From NCBI GenBank assembly GCA_002238425.1, contig MPMJ01000009.1:20209-84208 (forward strand): a stretch of 64,000 bases of DNA, written 5' to 3'. The notes below the pieces were generated by a model. The model ran no database searches. It was not told the origin of the DNA and was given only the letters and a program-made list of their open reading frames with translations. Made by a program: the position numbers and the translations under genes. Source of the DNA: SAR202 cluster bacterium bin16 (GTDB taxonomy: Bacteria > Chloroflexota > Dehalococcoidia > Lucifugimonadales > Australimonadaceae). Position 1 is the first letter of the stretch. Each line of letters starts with the position of its first letter. Positions 9,632 through 19,071 of this stretch are shown in pieces.

Positions 9632-10870
9632 TCAGAGGCCGTAGTCCGGCGACATCGGCACCTGGTGAGTGAGTTGCACGTCCTTGCCGGTGCGCGACGA
9701 CTCCATGATGCCCGTGATGAGCTCCAGCGTCGCCATGCCCCAGAGGCCGTCGTGGTAGACGGGCGCGTCGTTCCGCACTGCGTTGTAGAGCTCCATCAGG
9801 TCTTCCCGGCCGGCGTGGTAGCGCGAGATCGTGAGCGAGCGGTCCTCGATGCCGCCGTCCTTGTAGACGTAGAGCCCGTAACGTGACTGCCGCAGGTCGC
9901 CGCGCTCACACGTCGCGATGAGGATGCCGAGGTTCGTAGGGCGCCACGGCGGCGTTTCCTTCGGCTGTTCGCGCCAGAAGCGGCGCTCGTGCTCGGAGCC
10001 GATGCGGAGCGAGTCCTTCGCCTCGAACTCGTCTCGGGTACCGTCCTTGAGGCCGGCGCGGATCTGGACGCGGTCGTCATGGGTGTAGCCCTCGATGAGT
10101 CCCCTGCCCTGCTCGTCGCTCCACGGCACGAGGTCGGCGGTCATTGAGTAGCCGTAGCCGTTGTTGGTGACGGAAGCCGTTGCGCCGTCCTCGAACTCCA
10201 TGAACGCGGAGTAGTAGCCGACGGCGTTGCGCTCCGGCCACCACTTGCCGGTGGCGCCGCGTATGGTGCGCACCATGCCGCCGCCGAGCACGCGCAGGCT
10301 GTCCAGCTGGTGCGGTCCCTGGCGGTATAGGACGCCGCCTCCCACGCTCTCGTCCAGCTCCTCGGGCTGGCGCGCTTGGAGCATCCAGTCCGTGAACGCC
10401 CAGTTGTTGAGTGCCTTGAGTGGGCCAAGCTCGCCGGAGAGGATGATGCGCCGCATCTCCAGGACGGGCGGGCTGAATCCGAGCGTGTGGCCGCAGAGTA
10501 GCTTCACGCCGTTCTTCGCGGCGGCGTCAACCATCGCCTCGGCTTCCTGCATGTTCAGGGCCATCGGCTTCTCGGAGACGGCGTGCTTGCCCGCGTTCGC
10601 AACGAGCACGACGTGCGGGCTGTGGAAGTTGTTGGGCGTCGCTACCCACACGGCCTCGACGTCCGGGTCGGCGCAGAGCGCCTCGGCGCTGTCGTAGACG
10701 CGGGCCTCCGGGAAGCGGACCTGAAACGCCTCGCGGACGCGAGGGTTCGTGTCCGCCGCGGCCATCAGTTCGATCTCGTCCAGGCTCTCCATGCTGGGCA
10801 TGATCTGCGTCGCGCCGACGCCCACGCCGATAACGCCCATCTTCAAGGGTCTGGCAGAGCCTGTGGTCAT
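9632..10870 (-). CDS. Gfo/Idh/MocA family oxidoreductase
   Basis: N-terminal Rossmann fold KMGVIGVGVGATQIM and the EKPMALN motif. GAGGAG RBS. Confidence 0.85.
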   Translation of the reverse strand: MTTGSARPLKMGVIGVGVGATQIMPSMESLDEIELMAAADTNPRVREAFQVRFPEARVYDSAEALCADPDVEAVWVATPNNFHSPHVVLVANAGKHAVSEKPMALNMQEAEAMVDAAAKNGVKLLCGHTLGFSPPVLEMRRIILSGELGPLKALNNWAFTDWMLQARQPEELDESVGGGVLYRQGPHQLDSLRVLGGGMVRTIRGATGKWWPERNAVGYYSAFMEFEDGATASVTNNGYGYSMTADLVPWSDEQGRGLIEGYTHDDRVQIRAGLKDGTRDEFEAKDSLRIGSEHERRFWREQPKETPPWRPTNLGILIATCERGDLRQSRYGLYVYKDGGIEDRSLTISRYHAGREDLMELYNAVRNDAPVYHDGLWGMATLELITGIMESSRTGKDVQLTHQVPMSPDYGL

Positions 10871-10988
10871 GGTTCGCTCCTCTTCCGGCGCCCCTGTCTA
10901 CAGGGGGAGCCGACGTGCTGTGTCATGGCGAGGCGTTCACCCGATAAGGTGTTGCGAATCCGATGCGCTCCACCCGGGACGACGGGAA

Positions 10989-12044
10989 CTACCCGATCGC
11001 GCCGATGACTTCCTGCCGCTTGCCCTCTTCCTCGCGGTAGAGGCCCATCGCCTCGATCACAGGCAGGTCGCTCATCGAGAAGAGCACCGCATCTTCCGAC
11101 GAGTCGGTGCCGTGCTCGTGCAGTGCCCACGAGGGCAGGACGAAGGTGTCGCCCTTCGTCCATTCGAGCTGCTTGCCGTCGATGATCGAGTAGCCCTCGC
11201 CCTTCGCAACGTGGTAGACGACGCTGGACGTGTGGCGGTGGGCATCGGTGTGGGAGCCGGGTGCGAGACGCTGGAGTTTCAGCGCGAGCGTCGGCATGGA
11301 GTGTCCGCCCGTCACCGGGTTGGCGTACTCCATCATCACGCCGTCGAAGGGGTCTTCCTCGCCGTAGCCGAGGAGCGCGCCGTAGGCTTCGTCCCACCGG
11401 TAGGTGAGCGGGAGAGCGCCGCCGTGGACGTCTCCCAGGTTGGGGCGCATGAGGCCGTTGCCGATAGAGGCGTTGGTGAAGCCGACGGGCTTGGTCACGG
11501 GCTGCACGTCCTCCGGGAACGGCTCCTGGAACATGGCGTCCAGGTAACCGACCAACGGAGCGTCGAGGCAGTCGAGCCAGATGACGGGCTTGTCGGTCGG
11601 GTTGTTGTGATCGTGCCACGCCCAGCTGGGGGAGAGGACCAAGTCGCCCTCCTGCATCCGGAAGCGCTCCCCCTCTTGCACCGTGAAGGCGCCTTCACCC
11701 TCGATGACGAACCGGATTGCAGCGGCGGTGTGGCGGTGCGCCTCGGCGATCTCGCCGGGCCAGACGATCTGGACGGCCGCGGACATCGTCTTGGTCGCGC
11801 CGGCCATCGGGCTCTTCAGGCCGGGGTTGCGCATCGTGAGCGCCCGGCGGAAGCCCTGCCCTTTCAGGCTCTCCAGTGCGCCCGCCTGTATCGCCAGTTC
11901 GCGCATCTTGTCCCAGCGCCACACGTGCGGCGCGAGTTTCGGACGCTCGGGCGGGTTCGCGTGCATCACCCACAGCGGGTTGATGTTCTCGTCGTCCAAC
12001 TCCTGGTGGTACGCCTTCTCACTCTCCGGCATCGTCCAGGTCAT
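10989..12044 (-). CDS. gentisate 1,2-dioxygenase-like bicupin
   Basis: PLW...WRW, QIVWPGEIAEAHRHTAAAIRFVIEGEGAFT and WAWHDHNN...WLDCLDAPL match the gentisate dioxygenase cupin signature. AGGAGG RBS. Confidence 0.8.
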   Translation of the reverse strand: MTWTMPESEKAYHQELDDENINPLWVMHANPPERPKLAPHVWRWDKMRELAIQAGALESLKGQGFRRALTMRNPGLKSPMAGATKTMSAAVQIVWPGEIAEAHRHTAAAIRFVIEGEGAFTVQEGERFRMQEGDLVLSPSWAWHDHNNPTDKPVIWLDCLDAPLVGYLDAMFQEPFPEDVQPVTKPVGFTNASIGNGLMRPNLGDVHGGALPLTYRWDEAYGALLGYGEEDPFDGVMMEYANPVTGGHSMPTLALKLQRLAPGSHTDAHRHTSSVVYHVAKGEGYSIIDGKQLEWTKGDTFVLPSWALHEHGTDSSEDAVLFSMSDLPVIEAMGLYREEEGKRQEVIGAIG

Positions 12045-12054
12045 GGTCGTCCTC

Positions 12055-12915
12055 CTACTCTCTTGCCTGCGCTCTTGCGGACAGCTCGCCTACCTGACTT
12101 ATGTGTATCGTCACCAGATCTCCCGGTCCGACCGAGCCGACCCCCTCCGGCGTGCCCGTGAAGACGAGGTCACCGGGCTCCATGCGGGCCACCCACGACA
12201 TGTTGGCTATCTGGTTCTTGCAGTCCACGATCATGTCGCGCGTGAATGCGTGCTGGCGCAACTCCTCGTTTACCCAGAGGTTAATTTCGAGGTCCTGCGG
12301 GTCCGGTATCTCGTCTGCCGTCACGATGCAGGAGCCGATGGGCGCGAAGGTGTCGAACGACTTGCGCTTGCTCCTGTCCTCGGGTCCGCGCACGGTCATG
12401 TCCAGACCGCAGGTGTAGCCGAATACGTGCGAAAGCGCCTCGTCCAGCGGAATCATGCTGCCGCCCTTGCCGATGACCATGACGAGTTCGGACTCGTGGT
12501 GGATGACGCGGTCCGAGTAAGGCAGCAGGATGGGCTCGTTCGGGCCGGAGACAGCGCTGGACGCCTTCAGGAACATCCCCTGGTCGGACGACACCTGCGG
12601 CGCGGTGCCGCTCCATGGGCTTTCCTGCATCTCCGCCTGATGCGCCCTGTAGTTCACAGGCTGCGCATACACCTTGCGCGGCGCGGGCACCGGCGGCAGC
12701 AGGCTCACGGAGCCGAGCGGCACGCCGCTCTCCGACGCCGCCATCGACTCCACCTGCGGCCGTAGGCTCTCCCACCGCTCGATGAGGAGCAGCATGCGCA
12801 TAGGCTCGAACTCGTCCGGTAGCTCCGGCAGCAGGCCGGTGACGTCGACGACGACGTCGCTATCGGTCAACACGCCTATGCGGTAATCGTCGAAACTCAC
12901 GAGGCGCATACGCAC
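12055..12915 (-). CDS. fumarylacetoacetate hydrolase (FAH) family protein, fumarylpyruvate-hydrolase-like
   Basis: C-terminal FAH domain ESELVMVIGKGG...GYTCGLDMTVR...MEPGDLVFTGTPEGVG. Lies 10 nt upstream of the dioxygenase gene. Confidence 0.85.
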   Translation of the reverse strand: MRMRLVSFDDYRIGVLTDSDVVVDVTGLLPELPDEFEPMRMLLLIERWESLRPQVESMAASESGVPLGSVSLLPPVPAPRKVYAQPVNYRAHQAEMQESPWSGTAPQVSSDQGMFLKASSAVSGPNEPILLPYSDRVIHHESELVMVIGKGGSMIPLDEALSHVFGYTCGLDMTVRGPEDRSKRKSFDTFAPIGSCIVTADEIPDPQDLEINLWVNEELRQHAFTRDMIVDCKNQIANMSWVARMEPGDLVFTGTPEGVGSVGPGDLVTIHISQVGELSARAQARE

Positions 12916-12966
12916 CCTCCCGTTCGCTTATCAGGCATGACGCTAACACCGGCGCAGAGGCGGGGT

Positions 12967-13012
12967 CAACGCGCGTCGGAGCCGTCGCTGGCGCGCCGAT
13001 TCCGACGCGTTG
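12967..13012 (-). terminator. long stem-loop immediately after the NIPSNAP stop codon
   Basis: CAACGCG(CG)TCGGA pairs with TCCGACGCGTTG: 12 bp with a 2-nt bulge and a 20-nt loop. No U-run, so function is uncertain. Confidence 0.3.
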
Positions 13013-13627
13013 TCAGTGCAGCGGCGAGAACGACGCAGGAACCATGTGCCGCACGAGCTGATGCACCGCACTCACGTCCGTGTGCGCCGGCCAGATGCCT
13101 TCCTTAAGGTAGATGCCGCGGAGTTCATCCCGGTGCGCCCAGTCCTTGTACGGCCAGAGCTGGTAGAAGCGGTTGAGCTGCCCCAGGTCGCTCATGAAAA
13201 AGCAACCCGGGTACATCTCCAGCCGCTTCGCGGCCTGCTCGCTGAACTGCTGCATCACGGAGCGGACGGTGCCCGACGGGAAGGTGTACATCCGCAACTC
13301 GTAGAGGCTGCCCCACTCGCGCGGGCCGTCCAGCGAGTCGTTCACTGCCGAGCCCACGAGGATGTCGCTCTCCATAGAGACGATGAACTCGGTGATGTCC
13401 GGCGGCCAGATGCCGTCCGCGATTGCCTTGTTACGCACGTCCGCGCGCTGCTGCAGCGTCTCGTACGCCCACAGGTGAACGATCTGGTTTAGCGGCCCGA
13501 TCTCCGTGTGCCAGAAGCCGACCAGAGGCGAGAGTTTCGTGCGCCCCTCTATCTTCTCGGCGAAGCGCCGCTCCACCTCGGGCACGGAATTGGCCGTGAG
13601 ATTGTATGTCCGCAGTTCGTAGATCAT
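13013..13627 (-). CDS. NIPSNAP family protein (tandem NIPSNAP domains)
   Basis: MIYELRTYNL... and a second LYELRMYTF repeat. Start set at ATG 13627, 7 nt after AGGAGGA. ATG 13633 is the alternative. Confidence 0.7.
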   Translation of the reverse strand: MIYELRTYNLTANSVPEVERRFAEKIEGRTKLSPLVGFWHTEIGPLNQIVHLWAYETLQQRADVRNKAIADGIWPPDITEFIVSMESDILVGSAVNDSLDGPREWGSLYELRMYTFPSGTVRSVMQQFSEQAAKRLEMYPGCFFMSDLGQLNRFYQLWPYKDWAHRDELRGIYLKEGIWPAHTDVSAVHQLVRHMVPASFSPLH

Positions 13628-13875
13628 CCGCATTCCTCCTGGAAAGGTCTGGGTGAGTGTAGCGCAGCGCGGGAATCCGCGCCGCACACCTGCGGTCCCT
13701 TCTGAGGAGCATCCGGGCGGGGTGGATGGTGTGCAATTCCGCCGCATCAGGCGTAATTCTGCGAAATTCCCTCAAAAATGAGGCTTCAGGGGACTTGTAG
13801 AGTGCCTATCTGGTAGGAAAGCATTGCTCTGTGATACGGCAGCCCAAAGGCTGCAACAGCAGAAGGAGGACAAGA

Positions 13876-14031
13876 ATGCAGGCATACTGCGTCAAGTGTC
13901 GGGACAAGCGCGACATGGGTAGCCCCCGCGACGAGACGACCAAGAACGGCAAGCCAATCATCAAGGGGACATGCCCCGTCTGCGGCACGGGCCTCAACAT
14001 CATCGGCAAGACCATGGCCCAGATGGGCTAG
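13876..14031 (+). CDS. small zinc-ribbon protein (DUF5679-like)
   Basis: MQAYCVKCRDKRDM...GTCPVCGTGLNIIGK has CxxC...CxxC. AGGAGGA lies 5 nt upstream of ATG 13876. Confidence 0.6.
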   Translation: MQAYCVKCRDKRDMGSPRDETTKNGKPIIKGTCPVCGTGLNIIGKTMAQMG

Positions 14032-14077
14032 AGCCTCAGGCTCTTTGCGGGAAGCCCGGCGCAAGCCGGGCCTTCCC
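14030..14077. terminator. two adjacent hairpins between convergent genes (bidirectional terminator)
   Basis: AGAGCC-TCA-GGCTCT followed by TTT. Then GGGAAGCCCGGC-GCAA-GCCGGG(C)CTTCCC. Confidence 0.6.
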
Positions 14078-14082
14078 GTTGC

Positions 14083-14916
14083 CTAGTACATCACGTCCCC
14101 ACCGGAGACGGAGACAGCAAGGCCGGTTATGTAGTCCGACTCAGCGGACGACAGGAACGCGGCCATTTTTGCGATGTCCTCGGTTTCCGTAATCCGGCCG
14201 AGCGGGTTTGCCCGTGTGCGGTCGGCCACCATCCCCCGCAACTGCTCCTCAGCCGTCGTGCCTGACGGCTTGATGGCGTCGGCGATGTACGCGGCGCGCT
14301 CCGTCTCGGCGAGGCCGGGGCATATGGCGTTCACGTTCACTCCATGCGGCCCGAGTTCATGTGCGACGGACTGCGTGAACCCAACCAGCGCGAATTTCGA
14401 CGCCGTGTAAGCCGCGTAGCGCGGCATACCCCGCTTCCCCGCCGTGGAAGCGATTGTGACGATCTTCCCCCCTCCCCCACGCTCAATCATGTGGCGCGCA
14501 ACGGCACGCGTGCAGAGGAATGTTCCGCGCACGTTCACCCGCTGCACCTCGTCGAAGGCCTCCTCCGTCAGCTCCACCAGCGGCACGCGGTCCGGCCCCG
14601 GACGCGACCCGGCGTTGTTCACCAGGATGTCTATCCGTCCGAAGCGTTCGAGCGTTTCCTGCACCATCCGGTCGACGGACTCGCTATCCGACACGTCACC
14701 GACGAGCGCGAGCGAACTGCGTCCTGTTTCGGCTATCTCTGCCGCAACCGACTCCAGCCCCTGCCAGCCGCCCGCGCTACCGTAGGGATTCAGGGCAACG
14801 TCGTTCAAGGCAACGTCCGCGCCCTCCCGCGCGAGGCGGTTGGCGATGGCGCGGCCGAATCCGCGTTCGCCGCCCGCGCCCGTCACCAGTGCCACCTTGC
14901 CCGTGAGGTCGTACAT
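14083..14916 (-). CDS. SDR family oxidoreductase (3-oxoacyl-ACP reductase-like)
   Basis: GKVALVTGAGGERGFGRAIA cofactor motif and the YAAYTASK catalytic Y-x3-K. Confidence 0.9.
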   Translation of the reverse strand: MYDLTGKVALVTGAGGERGFGRAIANRLAREGADVALNDVALNPYGSAGGWQGLESVAAEIAETGRSSLALVGDVSDSESVDRMVQETLERFGRIDILVNNAGSRPGPDRVPLVELTEEAFDEVQRVNVRGTFLCTRAVARHMIERGGGGKIVTIASTAGKRGMPRYAAYTASKFALVGFTQSVAHELGPHGVNVNAICPGLAETERAAYIADAIKPSGTTAEEQLRGMVADRTRANPLGRITETEDIAKMAAFLSSAESDYITGLAVSVSGGDVMY

Positions 14917-14918
14917 GC

Positions 14919-15944
14919 TTACGCCATCCCGTAGAAGCGCTGCGCGTTCAGCCCGGCGACCTTCGCCCGCTGCTCGGGCGTCATGTCCTCGCGAGCGAGC
15001 AGATGTTGGATGTTCTCCGGGAACTCTGCGTCCCAGTGGGGGAAGTCCGACGCGAACATGATGATGTCCTCACCCAGGATGCGCATCGTCTCCGGCAGCA
15101 TCCGCTCCTCGGCCTCGCAGGAGATGAAGATGTTGCCGGAAGCGAGGTACTCGCTCGGGTACTTCGTCAGCAGCGGCGAGTCCACGTGGCCGCGCAGGTG
15201 GTAGCGCTCGTCCATCCGGTCGAGCATGTACACAGTCCAGCCGCAGCCTGCCTCCAGGAACGCGATCTTCAGGTCAGGGAACTTCTCCGGCACGCCGGAC
15301 AGCATGATGCTCACGAACTGCTTCATCTGCGTGAACGCATGGCCGAGCGAGTGCACCTGCGAGAGGTTGTCGAACAGGAACTCGTCGTAGGAGCCGGTGA
15401 TGCGTCCACTGCCGTGCACGGCGAGCGGCACACCGAGGCGCTGTGCCTCCTGGTAGATGACGTCGAACTGCGGCTTGCCGAACTGGTACGGCCCTTCCGG
15501 CAGCATCCCACCGAGCATGCCGAGCTCTTCGACACAGCGCCGTAGCTCCTGGGCCGCGGCGGGCGGGTCCTGCACGGGCAGCAGCGCAACGCCCTTGAAT
15601 CGCGAGTCCAGTTGGAGGTAAGTGTCGAACAGCCAGTTGTTGTAGGCACGGGAACGCACGATCGCGAAGTCCGGCTCCATGAGCCAGCCCGCGCCGAGGC
15701 TTCCCGTGGGGAAGAGCGCCGATGCCGCAAGTCCGCCGCGGTCCAGCGCATCGAGCCAGACGCCGGTGTCGACCTGGCGGGTGCCGAGGCGGCCACCAAG
15801 TGTGTTGTCGAACCCGTCGCGTGGGGAGTTCGCGCTCAGGCGCGGCCTCTCGTTGTACGGCGCTGGCAGGTACGGGCGTATGTCCTCGTCAGCGTCGCGC
15901 ACGTGCCCGTCCGCGTCGATGCAGAGCGTTGCCGTTGTCGTCAT
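14919..15944 (-). CDS. amidohydrolase_2 family protein
   Basis: N-terminal IDADGHV and C-terminal ASDFPHWD metal-ligand motifs. Lies 2 nt upstream of the SDR gene. Confidence 0.85.
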   Translation of the reverse strand: MTTTATLCIDADGHVRDADEDIRPYLPAPYNERPRLSANSPRDGFDNTLGGRLGTRQVDTGVWLDALDRGGLAASALFPTGSLGAGWLMEPDFAIVRSRAYNNWLFDTYLQLDSRFKGVALLPVQDPPAAAQELRRCVEELGMLGGMLPEGPYQFGKPQFDVIYQEAQRLGVPLAVHGSGRITGSYDEFLFDNLSQVHSLGHAFTQMKQFVSIMLSGVPEKFPDLKIAFLEAGCGWTVYMLDRMDERYHLRGHVDSPLLTKYPSEYLASGNIFISCEAEERMLPETMRILGEDIIMFASDFPHWDAEFPENIQHLLAREDMTPEQRAKVAGLNAQRFYGMA

Positions 15945-16167
15945 CCCCGACCTCCTTATTCCGTGTTCCCGCGCGGCGCAGGATAGGCCGGTAGTTTGAA
16001 GACGGCAACTTGTGAACGGTATTCACACAAGACGCTCCTAACGATTGACCTGACGCTCGCGCGCAGGTACATTGCGCCGCGACAAATCGACTACACACGG
16101 CGACCCGCTCGGTAAAGCGGTTCGGTCACGCGTGTCCAAAATGCAGCGCAACGCAGGAGGAAACCGA

Positions 16168-17451
16168 ATGCGCATCCACCGATTCCTGGCCCTCGGCGCG
16201 ATAGCCATGATCCTGGCCCTTTTCGCGGCCTGTGGCGGTGACGACGACCCCACCGCGACGCCCCGTCCGGCGGCGACGCCTACGCCCACCCCCACGGCTG
16301 AAGCGATGATGGCGGACGATCCTACTCCCACGCCCGACGCGATGATGGGAGACGAACCTACTCCCACGCCCGACGCGATGGCGGCAGATCCAACCGCCAC
16401 CCCGACGCCACGGCCGACGCCCACACCCGTTCCTCCGCCCGCTGGCTTCGACGCGGAAGACTACTTCGGCGGCAAGACCATCAAGATCATCACGGGAGCC
16501 AGCCCCGGCGGCGGGTACGACACGTTCAGCAGGCTCGTGGCGGCAGCCGCTGAGCGATACTTCCCGGAGAGCACGCGCTTCATCATCCAGAACCTGCCCG
16601 GCGCCGGACAGTTGCGCGGGCTGCGGGCCGTCCTCGACTCGAAGCCTGACGGTTACACCATAGGCCCGACGCACTCACGCTGGTTCGCCCGCCAAGTGCT
16701 CATAGGCGACATCGAGGGGTTCGACCTCGACGGCATCCACATCCTCGGCTCGCCAACGTTCACCATCGGCGAGGACGGCTTCTGCCTGGACAAGAACTTC
16801 GCCTCCTCCTGGCAGGAGGTGCTGGACAGGGACCTCACCATCAGGGTCGGCTCCGCGGGACCGGGCAACGAGCCCGCCATCGAGTTCATGATCCAGAACG
16901 GCGCGCCGTTCAAGATGATCTACGGTTACGGCGGCTCATCTGAGATCATGGCGGCGTTCGACCGCGGCGAGGTGGACGGCACGAACCGGTGCAGCCCGGG
17001 CACGGCGGGCCGCCTCTACCCTGAATGGATAGACCAGGGCCGCCTCGTTCCCATCTACTACGAGAAGAAGCCATTCAATGACGAATGGCTGGCCAATCTT
17101 GGGCGCACCACCCCGCTGCCTTCGTTCCGCGACCTGCCGGGCCTCACCTTCAACGCGGCGCAGGCGGAAGCGCTGGAGTTGAACCTGCTGGTGACTGAGA
17201 TCTCCCGTGTCTTCTTCCTGCCTCCCGGCGTACCGGACGACGTGATCCAGTACTGGCAGTCGGCGTTCGACCAGCTGATGGAGGACCAGCAGTTCAGGGA
17301 GTCGGTCGAGATTGCCGGGTACGCGGACGACTTTGGCTATGGCAGAGGCGAGGACATCCTGGACATCGTCAACCGGGTACGGAACGCCAGCGACGCGACG
17401 CGCGCGATCGCGCTCGAACTGAGTGGCGTCGAGGGCCTGGTGGTGAACTAA
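16168..17451 (+). CDS. tctC: TTT-family substrate-binding protein (TctC/Bug-like) made as a lipoprotein with a Pro/Thr linker
   Basis: ATG 16168 follows AGGAGG. Signal peptide plus lipobox LFAAC. About 70-aa PT linker with repeated AMMxD(D/E)PTPTP. Core GASPGGGYDTFSRL...NLPGAGQL...KPDGYTIG. Confidence 0.8.
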   Translation: MRIHRFLALGAIAMILALFAACGGDDDPTATPRPAATPTPTPTAEAMMADDPTPTPDAMMGDEPTPTPDAMAADPTATPTPRPTPTPVPPPAGFDAEDYFGGKTIKIITGASPGGGYDTFSRLVAAAAERYFPESTRFIIQNLPGAGQLRGLRAVLDSKPDGYTIGPTHSRWFARQVLIGDIEGFDLDGIHILGSPTFTIGEDGFCLDKNFASSWQEVLDRDLTIRVGSAGPGNEPAIEFMIQNGAPFKMIYGYGGSSEIMAAFDRGEVDGTNRCSPGTAGRLYPEWIDQGRLVPIYYEKKPFNDEWLANLGRTTPLPSFRDLPGLTFNAAQAEALELNLLVTEISRVFFLPPGVPDDVIQYWQSAFDQLMEDQQFRESVEIAGYADDFGYGRGEDILDIVNRVRNASDATRAIALELSGVEGLVVN

Positions 17452-17466
17452 GAGCGCACGCCAAAT

Positions 17467-17495
17467 GCCGGTGCGGACATCCCATCCGCACCGGC
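17467..17495 (+). other. intercistronic stem-loop between tctC and tctA
   Basis: GCCGGTGCGGA-CATCCCA-TCCGCACCGGC: a perfect 11-bp stem 16 nt after the tctC stop. Confidence 0.5.
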
Positions 17496-17538
17496 ACGGC
17501 ATACGTGAGGCGAAACAGCAGAAAGGACGTGCCGCCTT

Positions 17539-19071
17539 ATGTGGGAAGCAGCCATCAGCGCGGCTCAACACCTGTTCAGTCCCGGGCCGCTCATCGCATT
17601 CGCGATCATCACTCCCATCGCGCTCTTCAATGGTGTGATGATTGCGGGCGGCGTACCCGTCTTCATTCTGCTGCTCAGCTTCGCCTCTCAGCTTGACCCG
17701 TTCATAGCCCTGCCGGCCGCCGTCTTCTACGCGGCCGCCAACGACGCGACCGAGCCGATACCGTCCATCCTCATCGGCGTCCCCGGCTCGCGAGGGTCGC
17801 AGGCGACCATCATCGACGGCTATCCGATGTCGCGCCAAGGCCGCGCGGGCGAGGCACTCGGCGCGGTCTACGTCTCCTCGCTCATCGGCGGCATCATCGG
17901 CGCGGCGATGCTGATGGGCGTGCTGCCGGTAGCGCGCGAGGTGCTGAAACTGTTCGGGGCGGCGGAGTTCTTCCTCCTCTCGCTCCTTGGCATCGCAACG
18001 GTAGCGCTGCTGAGTTCCGGTGCGATGGTAAAGGGGCTGCTCACCGCAGCGTTCGGACTCGCCATCGCCCTCATCGGCTTCTCGCCCATCGGCGGCGTTG
18101 TCCGCGCGAACATGGGCATCGGCTACCTCTGGGACGGCCTCCCGCTCGTACCGATGCTGCTGGGGCTGTTCGCTATCCCGGAGCTGGCCAACCTGGTCGT
18201 CAGCAACACCACCATCGCGACGGAGCGGCTGGACGAGGTGCTCTCCGGCTCCGGCGAGGGGGTGAAGAAGGGCATGAAGGAGGCGACACGCCACAAGTGG
18301 CTGATCACGCGCTCCTCACTCATCGGCGCTTTCGTCGGGATGATGCCGGGGCTCGGGGCAGTGCCCGCGCACTGGATAGCCTATGCGCAGGCGCGCCAGA
18401 CCGAAGCGGGCGCGATGGAGTCCTTCGGCACGGGCGACATACGCGGAGTCATAGCGCCGGAGGCGTCGAACAACGCGATAGACGGCGGCGTGCTGGTGCC
18501 CACGCTTTTCTTCTCGATACCGGGCAGCCCCAACATGGCGCTTATCCTCGCCATGCTCATCCTGGTCGGCATCCAGCCCGGCCCGCCCATGCTCAACCAG
18601 CACCTGGACCTGAGCATCGCACTCGTCTGGACGATCGTGCTCGCGAACATCATCGTGGTGCCCATCGTTCTGCGGTTCGCGCCGCTCATCGCCCGCGTCA
18701 CGGTGATACCGCCGAACATCCTCTTCCCGCTGGTGATGGCCATCATCGTTATCGGCGTCTACCAGAGCTCGCAGTCCGTTGGAGACCTGTGGCTGTTCGC
18801 CGCAGCCGGCGTGCTCGGCCTGTTCATGAAGGCGTACGCCTGGCCACGCCCACCCATCGTCATCGCGATCGTGCTGGCGAACGAGGCCGAGAAGTGGCTC
18901 TGGATAGCGACCAACACGTACGGCTGGGAGATGTTCCTCCGGTGGCAGTTCAACGCCATCCTGGCATTCGTCGTTCTCGGTGCGATCGTCGGCATCAGGG
19001 CGCAGCGGAACGCATCCCGCATCCGGGCGGCTGAGGCAGCGGAGCACGACATAGGGGAGGCGGCGCCATGA
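17539..19071 (+). CDS. tctA: TTT-family large permease TctA
   Basis: 510-aa polytopic membrane protein. GVPGSRGSQATIIDGYPMSRQGRAGEALG is the TctA signature. Confidence 0.9.
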   Translation: MWEAAISAAQHLFSPGPLIAFAIITPIALFNGVMIAGGVPVFILLLSFASQLDPFIALPAAVFYAAANDATEPIPSILIGVPGSRGSQATIIDGYPMSRQGRAGEALGAVYVSSLIGGIIGAAMLMGVLPVAREVLKLFGAAEFFLLSLLGIATVALLSSGAMVKGLLTAAFGLAIALIGFSPIGGVVRANMGIGYLWDGLPLVPMLLGLFAIPELANLVVSNTTIATERLDEVLSGSGEGVKKGMKEATRHKWLITRSSLIGAFVGMMPGLGAVPAHWIAYAQARQTEAGAMESFGTGDIRGVIAPEASNNAIDGGVLVPTLFFSIPGSPNMALILAMLILVGIQPGPPMLNQHLDLSIALVWTIVLANIIVVPIVLRFAPLIARVTVIPPNILFPLVMAIIVIGVYQSSQSVGDLWLFAAAGVLGLFMKAYAWPRPPIVIAIVLANEAEKWLWIATNTYGWEMFLRWQFNAILAFVVLGAIVGIRAQRNASRIRAAEAAEHDIGEAAP

